This document shows, piece after piece, positions 24,490-34,676 of a stretch of DNA of 52,373 nt. Source of the DNA: a virus. Lineage: Duplodnaviria > Caudoviricetes. The notes beneath the pieces are model-generated. The model did not search any database. It was given only the letters and a program-made list of their open reading frames with translations, and was not told the DNA's origin. The position numbers and the translations under genes are program-made. Location: positions 1 through 52,373 of the IMG/VR virus record IMGVR_UViG_3300036846_000887; one strand, written 5' to 3'. Position 1 is the first letter of the stretch. Each line of letters opens with the position of its first letter.

Positions 24490-27376
24490 CGTCGAGCGTG
24501 CCGATGTCGTCCGGGTTCACGCCCGCGCCGGGCGCCGGCGACATCACCACGGTGACCTGCTCGCCGGTGTCGTCCTCGCGGACTGCCATCGAGTCCAGCT
24601 TCTGCCACTGGGTCACCACCCGGCAGGTGGCGCCGGAGGACAGCGGCAGCCACACCCCCGGCACGATCATCTGGATGTCGAGCGCGACATCCGGGCTCAG
24701 GGCGGTGTTGTCCGGTATCCGCACCACCAGCGGCGCCGGGTTCCGGCTGGAGCTGTTGCGTTCGGCCTGGCTGGTCAGGGCACGCTGCAGCGAGACCACC
24801 GACGCCGGGGTCGAGTTCGCGTCGGTGCTGGTCGAGGACTCCGAGTAGCTGGAGTCCAGCTGCTCCACCCAGCCGTAGTAGGGGTCCTTGCCGCCGACCG
24901 CGCCCCAGACACCCTGGTTGTTGGTGGCGGCGAAGTAGGTGCCCAGGTCCATCCCGTACTCGGTGACGACGGCATTGTTGGCGAAGTCGGAGTCCTGCAG
25001 CAGCGGCAGCCGGCCGATCGGACGGTTGGTGTCCCACAGCAGGATCCGCCGGCCGACCACCACGTAGTCCAGCCCGGCCATCGCCGCCATGTCGTCCACC
25101 TCCTCCCAGGCGGTCACCTGGTAGGGGTAGCGAACCCGCGCCTCCTGCGCATCGTCGGGGTAGTTGATCTGGGTCAGGTAGGCCAGCACGTTCGGGTCGT
25201 CGCGGGCCAGCGCGTCGATGATGATGCTCGCCGCCCGCTGCACCACCGTGATCGAGTAGGTGCCGGTGTCGTTGTAACCGGCCCGCATGATCCGCCGGTA
25301 CACGTACTGCATCACGTCCTTGGCCTCGATCTCGACGTGGTCGCGGAAGTAGCCGACCCGGGTGATCGGTCCCTCCCAGACCCGCACCCCGTTGCGGAAG
25401 ATGACGATCTCGTGGCGCATCGAGCGGACCGCAGACAGCAGCTCGCAGCAGTCGGAGTCGAAGCCGGTGGTGGTGATGTTGGCGACCGAGATGTCATCGC
25501 GCGCCCGGTTCCAGGACACGATCGCCAGCGGGGTGACCTCACCGATCCGCTTCTGCGCGCCCCGGTCGTAGATGAACACCCGGTGCTCGCCGCAGCCGAG
25601 CGCGCCCTGCTCGTAGGTGATCGGGATGTCCGGCGCACCGGCCGCGCCACCGGGGGTGTAGATGGTGTAGAACTCCAGGCTCGCCGACCAGGAGGACTGC
25701 TGGGAGGTGGAGTCATAGGTGCGGACCTGCCACTCGACGTGCAGGTTCGGCTGGAAGGTGTTGGCCGGCACCGTCCAGGACTGCCCGTTGGTGGCGATGC
25801 CGGGGATGACGTTCCAGGTCGCGGTGCCCACCTCCCGCCACTGGAAGTCGGCCTTGGTCTGATGGTCACCGGGGTTGGGGTCGCGGAACTTCCAGGTGAC
25901 CGTGTTGGCCTGGTCGCACAGGAACGCGACCTGGCTCTTCGGGGTCAGCCCGATCGGCGCCTGGGTGGCGCCGGTGGTGGTGAACGAGCGGATCTCCGAC
26001 GCGGGTGAGGCGAGCCCCGCCTTGTCGAAGGTGCGGACCCGCCACTGGTAGGAGGTGCCGACCAGGAAGATGTTCGCCGGCGCGGCCCAGTTGTTGGCGG
26101 TGCCGGCGATCTGCTGACTGACCCAGCTACTGGTGCCGACCCGGCGGTAGTCGACGAACGCGCCGTTCTGCGCGTCGTGGCTGCCGTCCGGATCCTTGAA
26201 CACCCAGGACAGCGTGTTGACCACGGTCGGGTTGAGAACCGCACCATCGGCCGGTGCGTACAGCCCCGGCGTCAGCGGGGTGAAGTCGGAGTAGAAGGAG
26301 TACAGCGTGTAGCTGGTGGAGAAGAGCCCGTGCGAGTCCTGGCTGTAGGCCCGCACCCAGTACAACCGGTCCGGTATCACCGCGTACCGGACGGTGGACG
26401 GCTGGTTGGACAGCACATAGGCGCCGTAGACGTCGGTGTGATAGCTGAACGCCTTGTCGGTGGAGATCCGGAACATGGCCCGCACCGGGCCGCCGTCCGG
26501 GTCCGACGGGTACGCCTGCAGCACCACCGAGTCGGTGGCCAGGGTGCGCGAGCCGTTGGCCGGCTTGCAGTTCGCGAGCAGCGGTGCCAGCGGCGGCCGG
26601 TTCGGCGTCGCCGGGTCATCCCAGTCCAGCTGCACACCGCCCGCCCCGGTGCCGCCGGTGCCCTGCCCGTCCGTGCCGCCGGTCATCGAGCCGCGGTAGT
26701 TGATGCCACCACCACCGCCGCCGGCGGTCTGCACACCGTTCACACCACCGACGCCGCCGCCACCACCCCACTGCCCGGCGCCCCCACCACCGCCGCCGGG
26801 ACCGCTGAAACCGGACGGCACACGCCCGCCCGCGCCGCCGTAACCCTGGATGCCGTCGCCGCCCACCAGCCCGGTGCCCTGCGTCCCGGCGCCGCCGTCA
26901 CCGCCCTTGGTCGAGGTGGCGCCCTTGCCGCCGAACAGCGGCTGCGGAGCGCCGTCCTGACCGCTGGTCGAGGTGCCGCCCATGCCGCCGAGCGCGGCAG
27001 CCGTGGTGCCCACCTTGCCCGCGGTGCCACCGGCGCCACCGGCCAGCCCGAGCAGGGTGCCGCTGGAGGCGTTCAACCGGACCGCGGAGTAGCCGGCACC
27101 GCCCCAGCCGCCGGAGTAGCCGGCCGAGCCGTTGCCACCGGCGCCGCCCTGCGGCACCCCGCCACGGCCACCGGTCGACCCGGACGGCGCGCCGCCGCCG
27201 CCGGCGACCATGACGTAGAGCTTGCTGCCCTTGGCGAGGGAGACCATGCCCGAGCACCCGCCGCCGCGGACGCCGTTGCTGGCACCGCCGGAGATGGTGA
27301 GGAACACCTGCGTCACGCCGGCCGGCAGGCTCCACACCTGCCAGCCGCCGGTGTAGTAGAAGTGCGCGGTCGCCAT
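24485..27376 (-). CDS. minor tail protein: Gly-rich + Fn3-like repeats + baseplate hub-like C-terminus
   Basis: Gly-rich N-terminus, three W.F.DPD...WRVRT modules, W.R.RDDIS.A...VWEGPI. Confidence 0.88.
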   Translation of the reverse strand: MATAHFYYTGGWQVWSLPAGVTQVFLTISGGASNGVRGGGCSGMVSLAKGSKLYVMVAGGGGAPSGSTGGRGGVPQGGAGGNGSAGYSGGWGGAGYSAVRLNASSGTLLGLAGGAGGTAGKVGTTAAALGGMGGTSTSGQDGAPQPLFGGKGATSTKGGDGGAGTQGTGLVGGDGIQGYGGAGGRVPSGFSGPGGGGGGAGQWGGGGGVGGVNGVQTAGGGGGGINYRGSMTGGTDGQGTGGTGAGGVQLDWDDPATPNRPPLAPLLANCKPANGSRTLATDSVVLQAYPSDPDGGPVRAMFRISTDKAFSYHTDVYGAYVLSNQPSTVRYAVIPDRLYWVRAYSQDSHGLFSTSYTLYSFYSDFTPLTPGLYAPADGAVLNPTVVNTLSWVFKDPDGSHDAQNGAFVDYRRVGTSSWVSQQIAGTANNWAAPANIFLVGTSYQWRVRTFDKAGLASPASEIRSFTTTGATQAPIGLTPKSQVAFLCDQANTVTWKFRDPNPGDHQTKADFQWREVGTATWNVIPGIATNGQSWTVPANTFQPNLHVEWQVRTYDSTSQQSSWSASLEFYTIYTPGGAAGAPDIPITYEQGALGCGEHRVFIYDRGAQKRIGEVTPLAIVSWNRARDDISVANITTTGFDSDCCELLSAVRSMRHEIVIFRNGVRVWEGPITRVGYFRDHVEIEAKDVMQYVYRRIMRAGYNDTGTYSITVVQRAASIIIDALARDDPNVLAYLTQINYPDDAQEARVRYPYQVTAWEEVDDMAAMAGLDYVVVGRRILLWDTNRPIGRLPLLQDSDFANNAVVTEYGMDLGTYFAATNNQGVWGAVGGKDPYYGWVEQLDSSYSESSTSTDANSTPASVVSLQRALTSQAERNSSSRNPAPLVVRIPDNTALSPDVALDIQMIVPGVWLPLSSGATCRVVTQWQKLDSMAVREDDTGEQVTVVMSPAPGAGVNPDDIGTLDA

Positions 27377-27386
27377 CGGTCGCCTG

Positions 27387-27400
27387 CTTAGTGGACTAAG
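27387..27400. repeat. 14-bp palindrome copy 19
   Basis: CTTAGTGGACTAAG; contains a stop. Confidence 0.95.
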
Positions 27401-29735
27401 CCGCTTTGGTCAGCACGGTCAGGTCGACCGCGGGCGCGTGCACGGCCGGTGGGCAGTCGATCGTCATGATGTAGCTGTAGCCGCAGGACATCTCCGGCCA
27501 GCTGAACGGTCCGCCGCTGGAGGAGAACACCAGCTGGCTGGCGTTGCGGTCGATCGCGCCGGTCACGATCCGCACCGTCTGCCGGGCGCCGTCGATGGTG
27601 AGCACCGCCTGGTCCGGCAGGTAGGTCACCAGGAACTCGCCGATGAACGCGCACGGGTCCATCCCACCCACGTCGAAGTCGTTGTCGGTGTCGGCGAAGA
27701 ACCGCAGCCGCACCCAGCGCGACTCGCCCTGGGCGGTCAGTGTTATCACCGGTACGACGTGCCGCCAGGCCGGCACCAGGTTCGCCGGGATCTCCGCGGC
27801 GTAGCGGATCCAGCTCTTCGGCGGTGCGAAGCAGGCGGCGGCCACCACCGGCGCCGGCGGCGGCGGCACCACGGTGATGCAGGTCGGGTCGTTGATCGGG
27901 GTGAACGTCGGCACCGGGCACGGCACGTCGGTCAGCTGCGAGCCGTGGTCGTCGAACCTGCCGCCGGCCGGGTTGATCGGCGCGGTCGACACCGTCACCA
28001 GGTGCTGGGACTGGGAGCCGTTCACCGCACCCAGCCAGCGGCACGAGGAGGACGAGCCGTCGAAGTAGGTCCCCCCGACGGAGGAGTCCTCGATCAGGAC
28101 GTTGTCGAGGTACACCGTCTCGCCGCCAAGCGCGACCGCGCTGCCGTAGGACAGCTCTATCCAGTGGTTGGTGCCGATCGCGGTGAAGGTCAGGTAGATG
28201 GTGTCCCACACGTCGTACAGGGTGGAGAAGACGCCGTTGCTGGCGAACAGGCCGTGCTGGAGCGCGATCCATTGCACCGGCAGTGACCCCGACGGGACCT
28301 TCACCCGCCCCGTCACGGTGTAGGTGTGCCCGATGATGGTGGGCAGGTTGAAGTACACGCCGGGCAGCAGCGGGGCGAGCGACACGTCGGTGTTGTCCAG
28401 GAACGCCAGCAGCCCCGGTGAGGTCGCGACCGTGGTGGACAGCTGCAGCTGGTGGCTGGTGGCGGTCGCGGTGAAGCCCACCTGGATGCGGGTGTAGATG
28501 TTCTTCACCGAGGTCGCGGAGCCCGGTGTCATGCCGCTGATGCCGAGCCGCACGTCGGGTGACCCGGCGGGCACGAACACCCAGACCGACGCGACGTAGC
28601 TGTTGCCGACGACCAGGCCGGTGACGGTCAGGTTCGCGGTCGGGCCGGTCGCGTTCGCCCACGCCACCTGCAGGCATTTCGTGCCAGCGGACTGTGGATG
28701 CAGCGTCGAGTTGGTGAGGGTGGGCGCGGTGCCGGTGACCGCGGCGCCGGTCCAGCCGCCGACGGTGCCACCCTCGAAGGTGGCTGAGTCGCCGGCGACC
28801 AGGTTCGGGGACCGCTGCCACACGCACTGCATGGACCGGGTCGGGTCCGGCAGGATGACGGGGTTGCCGTAGCGGTCGTAGGGGACGTTCGAGCCGCCGG
28901 AGCTGACCCCGCCGATGGCCTGCGCGATCGAGGTCCCGGGGGTGCCGGTGGACTGCCAGCCGGTGATGCCGGTCTGGAAGTTCGGGTTGGTGCACAGGTT
29001 GGTGCGGTCGGCGACCTGGGCGGTGGAACCGGTCTTGAACATTCCAGCCATCACCGGCTGCTCGATGCCGAACACCGCGGGCGCGCCGGAGCTGGAGGTG
29101 AACTCGACCTCCCAGTACGCCCCGCTGCCGGCGGAGATGGAGTGCTTGGACAGGATGTGCGGACCGTCGACGAAGGTGGTCTTGTACAGGCAGCGCCAGT
29201 AGTCGGGGATGCAGCCGGCCGGGTAGTTCGGGTCGGACGGGTCGACGTCGGGCAGCGCCGACAGGAACTCCAGCTCCGCGCCGCCGCAGTTGGTGGCCGC
29301 GGAGGTCGAGCCGCACTGGCCGAGCAGCGCGTACTTCAGCCACTCGAAGCCGGCGTTGCACGCCGCGTCGGAGTCGCCCAGCAGCAGGACGTGGAACACC
29401 GCGCTGCGGGTCTGGTTGCGGATCCGCCCGACGGTGCCGCCGTCGGAGGTGCCCTCGGTGATCGCGGCGGTCCTGGTGGAGTCGTCCAGCCCGGTGATCT
29501 CGATCGGCAGCAGCCCGTAGAAGTGCCAGGTGTCCGGGTCGTCCGGGTCGAACCACGGCGGGGTGTCCTGCAGCGGCGTGTCGTAGGGGTCGTCACCCAG
29601 CAGCGGGGCGATGTCGGCGACGTCGGAGCGCTCCGGGTTCTTCACCCACCCGGCGCCCATGTGCTTGGCGTAGGCGACGGTGCGCTGGGTGTTCAGGATC
29701 TCGGTGTCGTCGTACTGAAAGAACCCGTCGTACAT
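27396..29735 (-). CDS. distal tail (Dit-like) protein with CBM-like insertions
   Basis: First gene after the tape measure; NL..NP.F.....GW and YLDNV motifs. Confidence 0.85.
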   Translation of the reverse strand: MYDGFFQYDDTEILNTQRTVAYAKHMGAGWVKNPERSDVADIAPLLGDDPYDTPLQDTPPWFDPDDPDTWHFYGLLPIEITGLDDSTRTAAITEGTSDGGTVGRIRNQTRSAVFHVLLLGDSDAACNAGFEWLKYALLGQCGSTSAATNCGGAELEFLSALPDVDPSDPNYPAGCIPDYWRCLYKTTFVDGPHILSKHSISAGSGAYWEVEFTSSSGAPAVFGIEQPVMAGMFKTGSTAQVADRTNLCTNPNFQTGITGWQSTGTPGTSIAQAIGGVSSGGSNVPYDRYGNPVILPDPTRSMQCVWQRSPNLVAGDSATFEGGTVGGWTGAAVTGTAPTLTNSTLHPQSAGTKCLQVAWANATGPTANLTVTGLVVGNSYVASVWVFVPAGSPDVRLGISGMTPGSATSVKNIYTRIQVGFTATATSHQLQLSTTVATSPGLLAFLDNTDVSLAPLLPGVYFNLPTIIGHTYTVTGRVKVPSGSLPVQWIALQHGLFASNGVFSTLYDVWDTIYLTFTAIGTNHWIELSYGSAVALGGETVYLDNVLIEDSSVGGTYFDGSSSSCRWLGAVNGSQSQHLVTVSTAPINPAGGRFDDHGSQLTDVPCPVPTFTPINDPTCITVVPPPPAPVVAAACFAPPKSWIRYAAEIPANLVPAWRHVVPVITLTAQGESRWVRLRFFADTDNDFDVGGMDPCAFIGEFLVTYLPDQAVLTIDGARQTVRIVTGAIDRNASQLVFSSSGGPFSWPEMSCGYSYIMTIDCPPAVHAPAVDLTVLTKAA

Positions 29736-29749
29736 CGCCTCTCCCTCCG

Positions 29750-29763
29750 CTTAGTGGACTAAG
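29750..29763. repeat. 14-bp palindrome copy 20
   Basis: CTTAGTGGACTAAG directly before the RBS. Confidence 0.95.
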
Positions 29764-29768
29764 CCGGC

Positions 29769-32700
29769 TCAGCTGTAGCCCGCCGACACCAGCCGGTTCA
29801 GCACCTGCTGCGCAACGACGACGGTGTCGTTGACCGGCGTGGTCACCTCGATCTTGGCCACGTTCAACTGCTTGGCCACGTACGTGCCGCCGGAGAACTG
29901 GGCCGGCAGTGCGCTCACGTTCTCCGGCAACGCCTTGCCCTGCGCCAGCGCGGACAGTGCCCGCACCGCCGGGTCCACCATCGACAGCGGCTGGTCCAGC
30001 GGCACCACCGCCTCCGGGCCCGCCTCGCCGAGCAGCCGCACCTGCGGACCGAGGAACAACCCGCCGGTCGCCGTGCCCGGGATGCCGACGGCATGCAGGA
30101 TGGACTTCGCGATCCCGGCGCCGGGCAGCCTGTTCAGCGCACCGAGAATCTGCCCCACCCAGTAGCTGACCGCCTGGTAGGCGTTGCCGAGCCAGCCGGT
30201 GATGGAGGACCAGATGCCCTCGAAGGCGCTGCTGACGCCGCTAACCACGCCACCGAACGCACCGCTGATGTCGCCGGCGATCCGCTGCGCACCGGACAGG
30301 GCGGCGCCCGCGGCGCTGGCCAGCGCACCGCCGACCGCACCGGGGATGCCGCCGAGCGCCCTAGCGACGTCACCGGGGATCCTGCCGACCCAGGTCAGGA
30401 TGTCGTTCCAGATCCGGTTGGCCCAGGTGTAGGCGGCGCCGGCGGCAGCGGCCAGTGCGTTGCCGACCGTGCCGGGCACCCCGGACATCGCCCGAGCAAC
30501 GTCACCGGGGATGCGGCTGACCCAGTTGAGGATGTCGTTCCAGATCCGGTTGGCCCAGGTGTAGGCAGTGCCCGCGGCGCTGATGAGCGGGCCGGCTACC
30601 GCGCCCGGCACGCCGGCCAGCGCGTGGGCGATCTTGCCGGGCAGCCCGCCGAACCAGCTCACGATCCCGTTCACCAGGTCGGGGATCAGCGAGTGGCCGA
30701 GCAGGAAGTCATACGCGGTGACGAACGGCCACTCGATCCAGTGCAGGATGTCCTTGCCCCAGCCCTCGATCACCTTCGCCAGGTAGTTCACGTCGAAGTA
30801 GTGGGCGAATCCCATGAACGCCTTGTCGACGTCGTCGAACGCCTTCTTCAACCCGCCGACCACCCCCGGGAAGGCCCGGATGATGCCGAACAGAACCCGG
30901 GCCGGGGTGGTGGCCACCTGGAGCGCGGTGGGCAGGATCTTCAGGCCGCCGTTGAGGATGGTGAAGAACGTCTGCAGGTTCTTGCGGGACTGCGGTGAGT
31001 CCAGGTAGTCGAACAGCGCGACGATGTCTTTCAGGATCGGGCCGAGGTCGTGGATGACCTGCTTGGCCTCACCGAACCACTTGGTCAGCGCCTCCCGGCC
31101 CTGCGGTGACTTCAGGTACTTGTCGAGGTTGGCCAGCGAGGAGTTGATCGAGTCCAGGAAACCGCCGCCGGTCTTGACCGCGGCGGGATTGAAGAACACA
31201 TCGCCGATGACCTTGCCCAGGTTGACGATGATGTCCCACAGCTTCTTCGCGTCCTGCCACGCGGTGGACAGGAAGTTGTGGATCGCGCTCTGCCCCTTGG
31301 CCGAGTCGGCCCAGTTGCTGAACTTGGTCGCGATGGTGTCGATCGCACCGGCCAGCCGCTGCCCGTACGGCAGCATCGCCTGGAACATCCGGCCGAAGCC
31401 GTCACCGAACTTCACCGCCGAATCGCCCAGGCTGACGATCATCGCGGGCAGGTCCTTGCCGAGCAGCTTGATGAAGTTCAGGAAGTCGGGGTCCTTGCTG
31501 GCCTTGGCGAACCCGTCGACCACCTTGCCGATCGCGTCGGCGATACCGGCGACCAGGCCGAGCAGCGGCCCGAACGCCGTCGAGAAGTCCTTGGCGTCCT
31601 GCTTGGCGTTGGCGAACAGGTGCTGCTGGGCGACGGTGCGGGCCTGGGTGACGAAGTTGGTGAGCGGTTTGGCCAGGGTGGCCAGGTCGGAGTTGACCGT
31701 CGCCTGCGCCTTGTGCTGCGCGGCGAGCGAGGTGTTTAGGTTGTCGACCGCGTTCTTGTAGGCGGTGGTGCCCGGCTTGGCCGCGGCGACCGCCTTCTGG
31801 TAGGTGGCGACCTGCTTGTTGATGGTGTTCAGGTTCGACTGCGCGGTCTTGGACGCCTGTGACTGTCCGGAGATCGCGAGGAACAGCACCCCGAAGCCGG
31901 CGGCGGCGGCGAGCAGCAGCGGCGCGATCCCGGCCAGCGCGCCGATCAGGCCGGTCGCGACCGCGCCGGTCAGTGCCACCAGCGCCCCGACCAGCCCCCA
32001 GACCAGTGACACCAGCGGGCCGACGAGAATTATCAGGCCCTCGATCAGGACCGAGACCCCGATGATGCCGCCGATGCCGGTGCCGCCCAGCTGCGCCAGT
32101 TTCGGCAGGATCCCGCTGACGGAGCTGGTCATGTTCGACGCCTCGTCGGAGGCATCGCCCATCTTCGACGCCAGGCCGGCGACGCCCTCGGCGGCCTTGG
32201 GTAGCAGGCCGGTCAGGCCGACCAGGTTGCCGATCGAGGAGCCGATGATGTTGAAGAAGTTGTTCCGGCTGCCGGCACCGAACGCCTTGCCGATCGAGGT
32301 GGCGAACTTGTCGATCCCGGTGGCCGCGTCCTTGCTCCACTTCACGACGCTGCCCAGCGTGCCGGTTCTGTTGTCCGAGTCCGCGCTCTTGTTGTCCTTG
32401 TCCAGCTTCGCCTTCAGCTCGTTGTAGGTGTTGTGCAGCGCGTGCAGCGCCTTCTCGGCGTTGTTGGCGCCCATCGTCCACTCGGGCAGCTGCGGCCCGA
32501 TGAACTCCTTGTTCAGCGCGTCCAGCGCCCTGGCCGCGCTGGAGACCCCCTCGGCCCACTTCGGCAGGTCCGGGCCGTGCATGAACGAGTTCATCTTCTC
32601 CAGCTCGGCGGCCATCTTCTCCATCTCGGCCCGGGCCGCCTTCTCCGCGTTCAGCAGCGGGCCGCGCAGGTCGGCGGTGAACTGCCGGGTGCCGTCGTCA

Positions 32701-33101
32701 AGCTGGGTGAAGCTGAGCGCGCCGCGCTTGGCCATCTCGTCCAGGTTGGTTTCCAGGTTGCGGGCCAGCGCGTCGATGAACTCCGGTGACTCACCGGTCA
32801 TCTGCTTGTTCAGCCGGTCCCGCAGCGCGCTGCCGAGGTCGTCGCCGAGCAGCGAGCCGGCCGCGCTGATCTTGCCCTTGTCCCGTTCGACGGCGTTGAC
32901 GATGGCCTCGCCGAGATTGGCGTTCTTCTCCAGCTCATCCTTGAAGCCCTTGTTGTACCGGGTGGCGCCCTGCTGGCCCGCCTTCTCCATCGCCTCGGCC
33001 TCGGCCGCGAGCTGCGCCTCGATGTCCTTCTTGCTGCTGGCGAAGTTGGTGCGGATCTCGACGTACGCCTCGCCCACCCGGGGGCCGCGCGGAAGGGTCA
33101 T
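29769..33101 (-). CDS. tape measure protein
   Basis: 1110 aa, Ala/Gly helical, N-terminal VGEAYVEI, hydrophobic block, Trp-periodic repeats, GEAGPEAVVPL. Confidence 0.95.
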   Translation of the reverse strand: MTLPRGPRVGEAYVEIRTNFASSKKDIEAQLAAEAEAMEKAGQQGATRYNKGFKDELEKNANLGEAIVNAVERDKGKISAAGSLLGDDLGSALRDRLNKQMTGESPEFIDALARNLETNLDEMAKRGALSFTQLDDGTRQFTADLRGPLLNAEKAARAEMEKMAAELEKMNSFMHGPDLPKWAEGVSSAARALDALNKEFIGPQLPEWTMGANNAEKALHALHNTYNELKAKLDKDNKSADSDNRTGTLGSVVKWSKDAATGIDKFATSIGKAFGAGSRNNFFNIIGSSIGNLVGLTGLLPKAAEGVAGLASKMGDASDEASNMTSSVSGILPKLAQLGGTGIGGIIGVSVLIEGLIILVGPLVSLVWGLVGALVALTGAVATGLIGALAGIAPLLLAAAAGFGVLFLAISGQSQASKTAQSNLNTINKQVATYQKAVAAAKPGTTAYKNAVDNLNTSLAAQHKAQATVNSDLATLAKPLTNFVTQARTVAQQHLFANAKQDAKDFSTAFGPLLGLVAGIADAIGKVVDGFAKASKDPDFLNFIKLLGKDLPAMIVSLGDSAVKFGDGFGRMFQAMLPYGQRLAGAIDTIATKFSNWADSAKGQSAIHNFLSTAWQDAKKLWDIIVNLGKVIGDVFFNPAAVKTGGGFLDSINSSLANLDKYLKSPQGREALTKWFGEAKQVIHDLGPILKDIVALFDYLDSPQSRKNLQTFFTILNGGLKILPTALQVATTPARVLFGIIRAFPGVVGGLKKAFDDVDKAFMGFAHYFDVNYLAKVIEGWGKDILHWIEWPFVTAYDFLLGHSLIPDLVNGIVSWFGGLPGKIAHALAGVPGAVAGPLISAAGTAYTWANRIWNDILNWVSRIPGDVARAMSGVPGTVGNALAAAAGAAYTWANRIWNDILTWVGRIPGDVARALGGIPGAVGGALASAAGAALSGAQRIAGDISGAFGGVVSGVSSAFEGIWSSITGWLGNAYQAVSYWVGQILGALNRLPGAGIAKSILHAVGIPGTATGGLFLGPQVRLLGEAGPEAVVPLDQPLSMVDPAVRALSALAQGKALPENVSALPAQFSGGTYVAKQLNVAKIEVTTPVNDTVVVAQQVLNRLVSAGYS

Positions 33102-33112
33102 GTCCTCACCTG

Positions 33113-33126
33113 CCTAGTGGACTAAG
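33113..33126. repeat. 14-bp palindrome copy 21
   Basis: CCTAGTGGACTAAG; contains a stop. Confidence 0.95.
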
Positions 33127-33406
33127 CGCCGACTCGGGCGCCGGGCGGCGCGGAGCTGAACGCGGCCATGAACGACTCGCCCTCCTGCTCCTCGGTGAAG
33201 TGCTCAGGGTTGCCCTCCTCGTCGACGAGCAGCGCGTCGAAACGCTCCCGGTCCTCCACTCGTTTCACCATCCAGGCGTAGATCAGGTTGCAGAACCGAT
33301 CGACCCGGAGACCGAACGGATCGACTCCGACCGCCGCGCACTCGCCGTCGATTTCCGCCCACCGTTCGCGTGCGAGGGCGAGGAGTCGGATGGCGGTGTG
33401 AAAGGG
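33122..33406 (-). CDS. tail assembly chaperone, -1 frameshift extension (gpGT-like)
   Basis: Overlaps the upstream ORF in the -1 frame; slippery C-CCT-TTC at 33406-33400. Confidence 0.85.
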   Translation of the reverse strand, partial: PFHTAIRLLALARERWAEIDGECAAVGVDPFGLRVDRFCNLIYAWMVKRVEDRERFDALLVDEEGNPEHFTEEQEGESFMAAFSSAPPGARVGA

Positions 33407-33720
33407 CGGCCGGTCCATTCCTCCATCAGGTAGCTGAGGATCTCGGTGACCTGGGCCAGCTCGAACGGGTCGTCGCGGGCCAGCAGCCGCCGTTGCAGCA
33501 CGGCGGCGGACTCGGGGTCCAGCATCCCGAAGAAGTAGTCGATGGTGCCGGCGACCCGTTCGGTGATGGTGGTGTACTCGGCGAACGCCGACATAATCAT
33601 CACCGTCTGGCCGGGGGTGGGTTCCAGCGACCGGTACACCTCGCCGTCGAGGGAGAACTCGATGAACCTCTCGGACTCTTCATCCGTGGCGGCTCGGGCC
33701 GCGGTGGCGAACTCCTTCAT
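33283..33720 (-). CDS. tail assembly chaperone (gpG-like)
   Basis: Upstream of tape measure; ...EEWTGRPF then Ser-rich tail; AACGGAGC RBS. Confidence 0.88.
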   Translation of the reverse strand: MKEFATAARAATDEESERFIEFSLDGEVYRSLEPTPGQTVMIMSAFAEYTTITERVAGTIDYFFGMLDPESAAVLQRRLLARDDPFELAQVTEILSYLMEEWTGRPFTPPSDSSPSHANGGRKSTASARRSESIRSVSGSIGSAT

Positions 33721-33771
33721 TACCCGCTCCGTTTCTTTCCCAGGTCTGGGTCAGAAAGGACGCTACCGCAG

Positions 33772-34170
33772 CTAGTGCAGCGAATCCATCTCCCGCACCA
33801 GGGCGCGCTCCATCCACGGGTTGCCGTGCTGACCGGCGACCGAGCGCCGGCTGGTGTACCGCAGGTAGTGCGAGTGCGGGTGCGGGCGCACCACGAGGTA
33901 CTTCCCGTGCGGCCAGATTTCCTCGGGGGTGCCTTCGTGCACATAGGCCGCGTAGGCGGCGTGGTTCTTCACGTAGCCGGCGGTGCCGAAGTGGTTGGTG
34001 CCGACCGAGAAGTCGTGCGAGAAAGCCAGGAACGAGGTCCGCCTCGGGCATTCCCGCATCGAGCGGTCCATCACCCGGATCGCCAGGTCGCGGGTCCAGC
34101 GGTGCACGCTGCCGCCCGGCTCGAACAGCTCCTGGATCCGCGAGTCGTACACCTGCACCCGGATCGTCAC
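33772..34170 (-). CDS. HK97 gp10-like tail completion/neck protein
   Basis: CP.RT..L..S...YA.YVHEGT...V.GQ..NPW. Confidence 0.8.
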   Translation of the reverse strand: MTIRVQVYDSRIQELFEPGGSVHRWTRDLAIRVMDRSMRECPRRTSFLAFSHDFSVGTNHFGTAGYVKNHAAYAAYVHEGTPEEIWPHGKYLVVRPHPHSHYLRYTSRRSVAGQHGNPWMERALVREMDSLH

Positions 34171-34676
34171 AGCACCCACCCGGTGCACAGCGCCGAGCCG
34201 CCGACGACGGCACCCGCGCCGTTGACCGGCAGGTAGTCGCCGAGCAGCGCGAGGTCGTCGAAGCAGCACACCGACGCCAGCCGGATCGCCTGCATGTCCA
34301 GCATCTGCAGCTGCGCCGCGGCCAGCATGTCATCCACCGACATCGCCCGGCCGCGCGAGTCCGGCACCGGCCCGCACCGGGCGATGCCCACCTCGACCTC
34401 CATCGCGAACATCGGCCCGCACGCCCGCGGCACGATGTTGGGCACCCCGAGCGCGCTGGCGTCGTAGGCGCGGTTCAGCCGCACCCAGCCCTGCCCGCAC
34501 TTGCCACCGTTGCCGGTGCACAGCTCCAGGTCCAGCACCACCGCGTCGCCCGGCACCACCCCGCACCGGCACAGCGACGGCAGCCCCAGGTCGTCCACCT
34601 GCTGGCACAGGCACGCCGCCAGGTCCACCAGCCGGTCGAACACCAGGGTGCTGCCCAGCGGCGTCGTCGTCGTCAC
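34167..34676 (-). CDS. putative tail terminator
   Basis: GTGA overlaps; position; C...CG..WVRL...EVGIARC. Confidence 0.7.
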   Translation of the reverse strand: MTTTTPLGSTLVFDRLVDLAACLCQQVDDLGLPSLCRCGVVPGDAVVLDLELCTGNGGKCGQGWVRLNRAYDASALGVPNIVPRACGPMFAMEVEVGIARCGPVPDSRGRAMSVDDMLAAAQLQMLDMQAIRLASVCCFDDLALLGDYLPVNGAGAVVGGSALCTGWVL

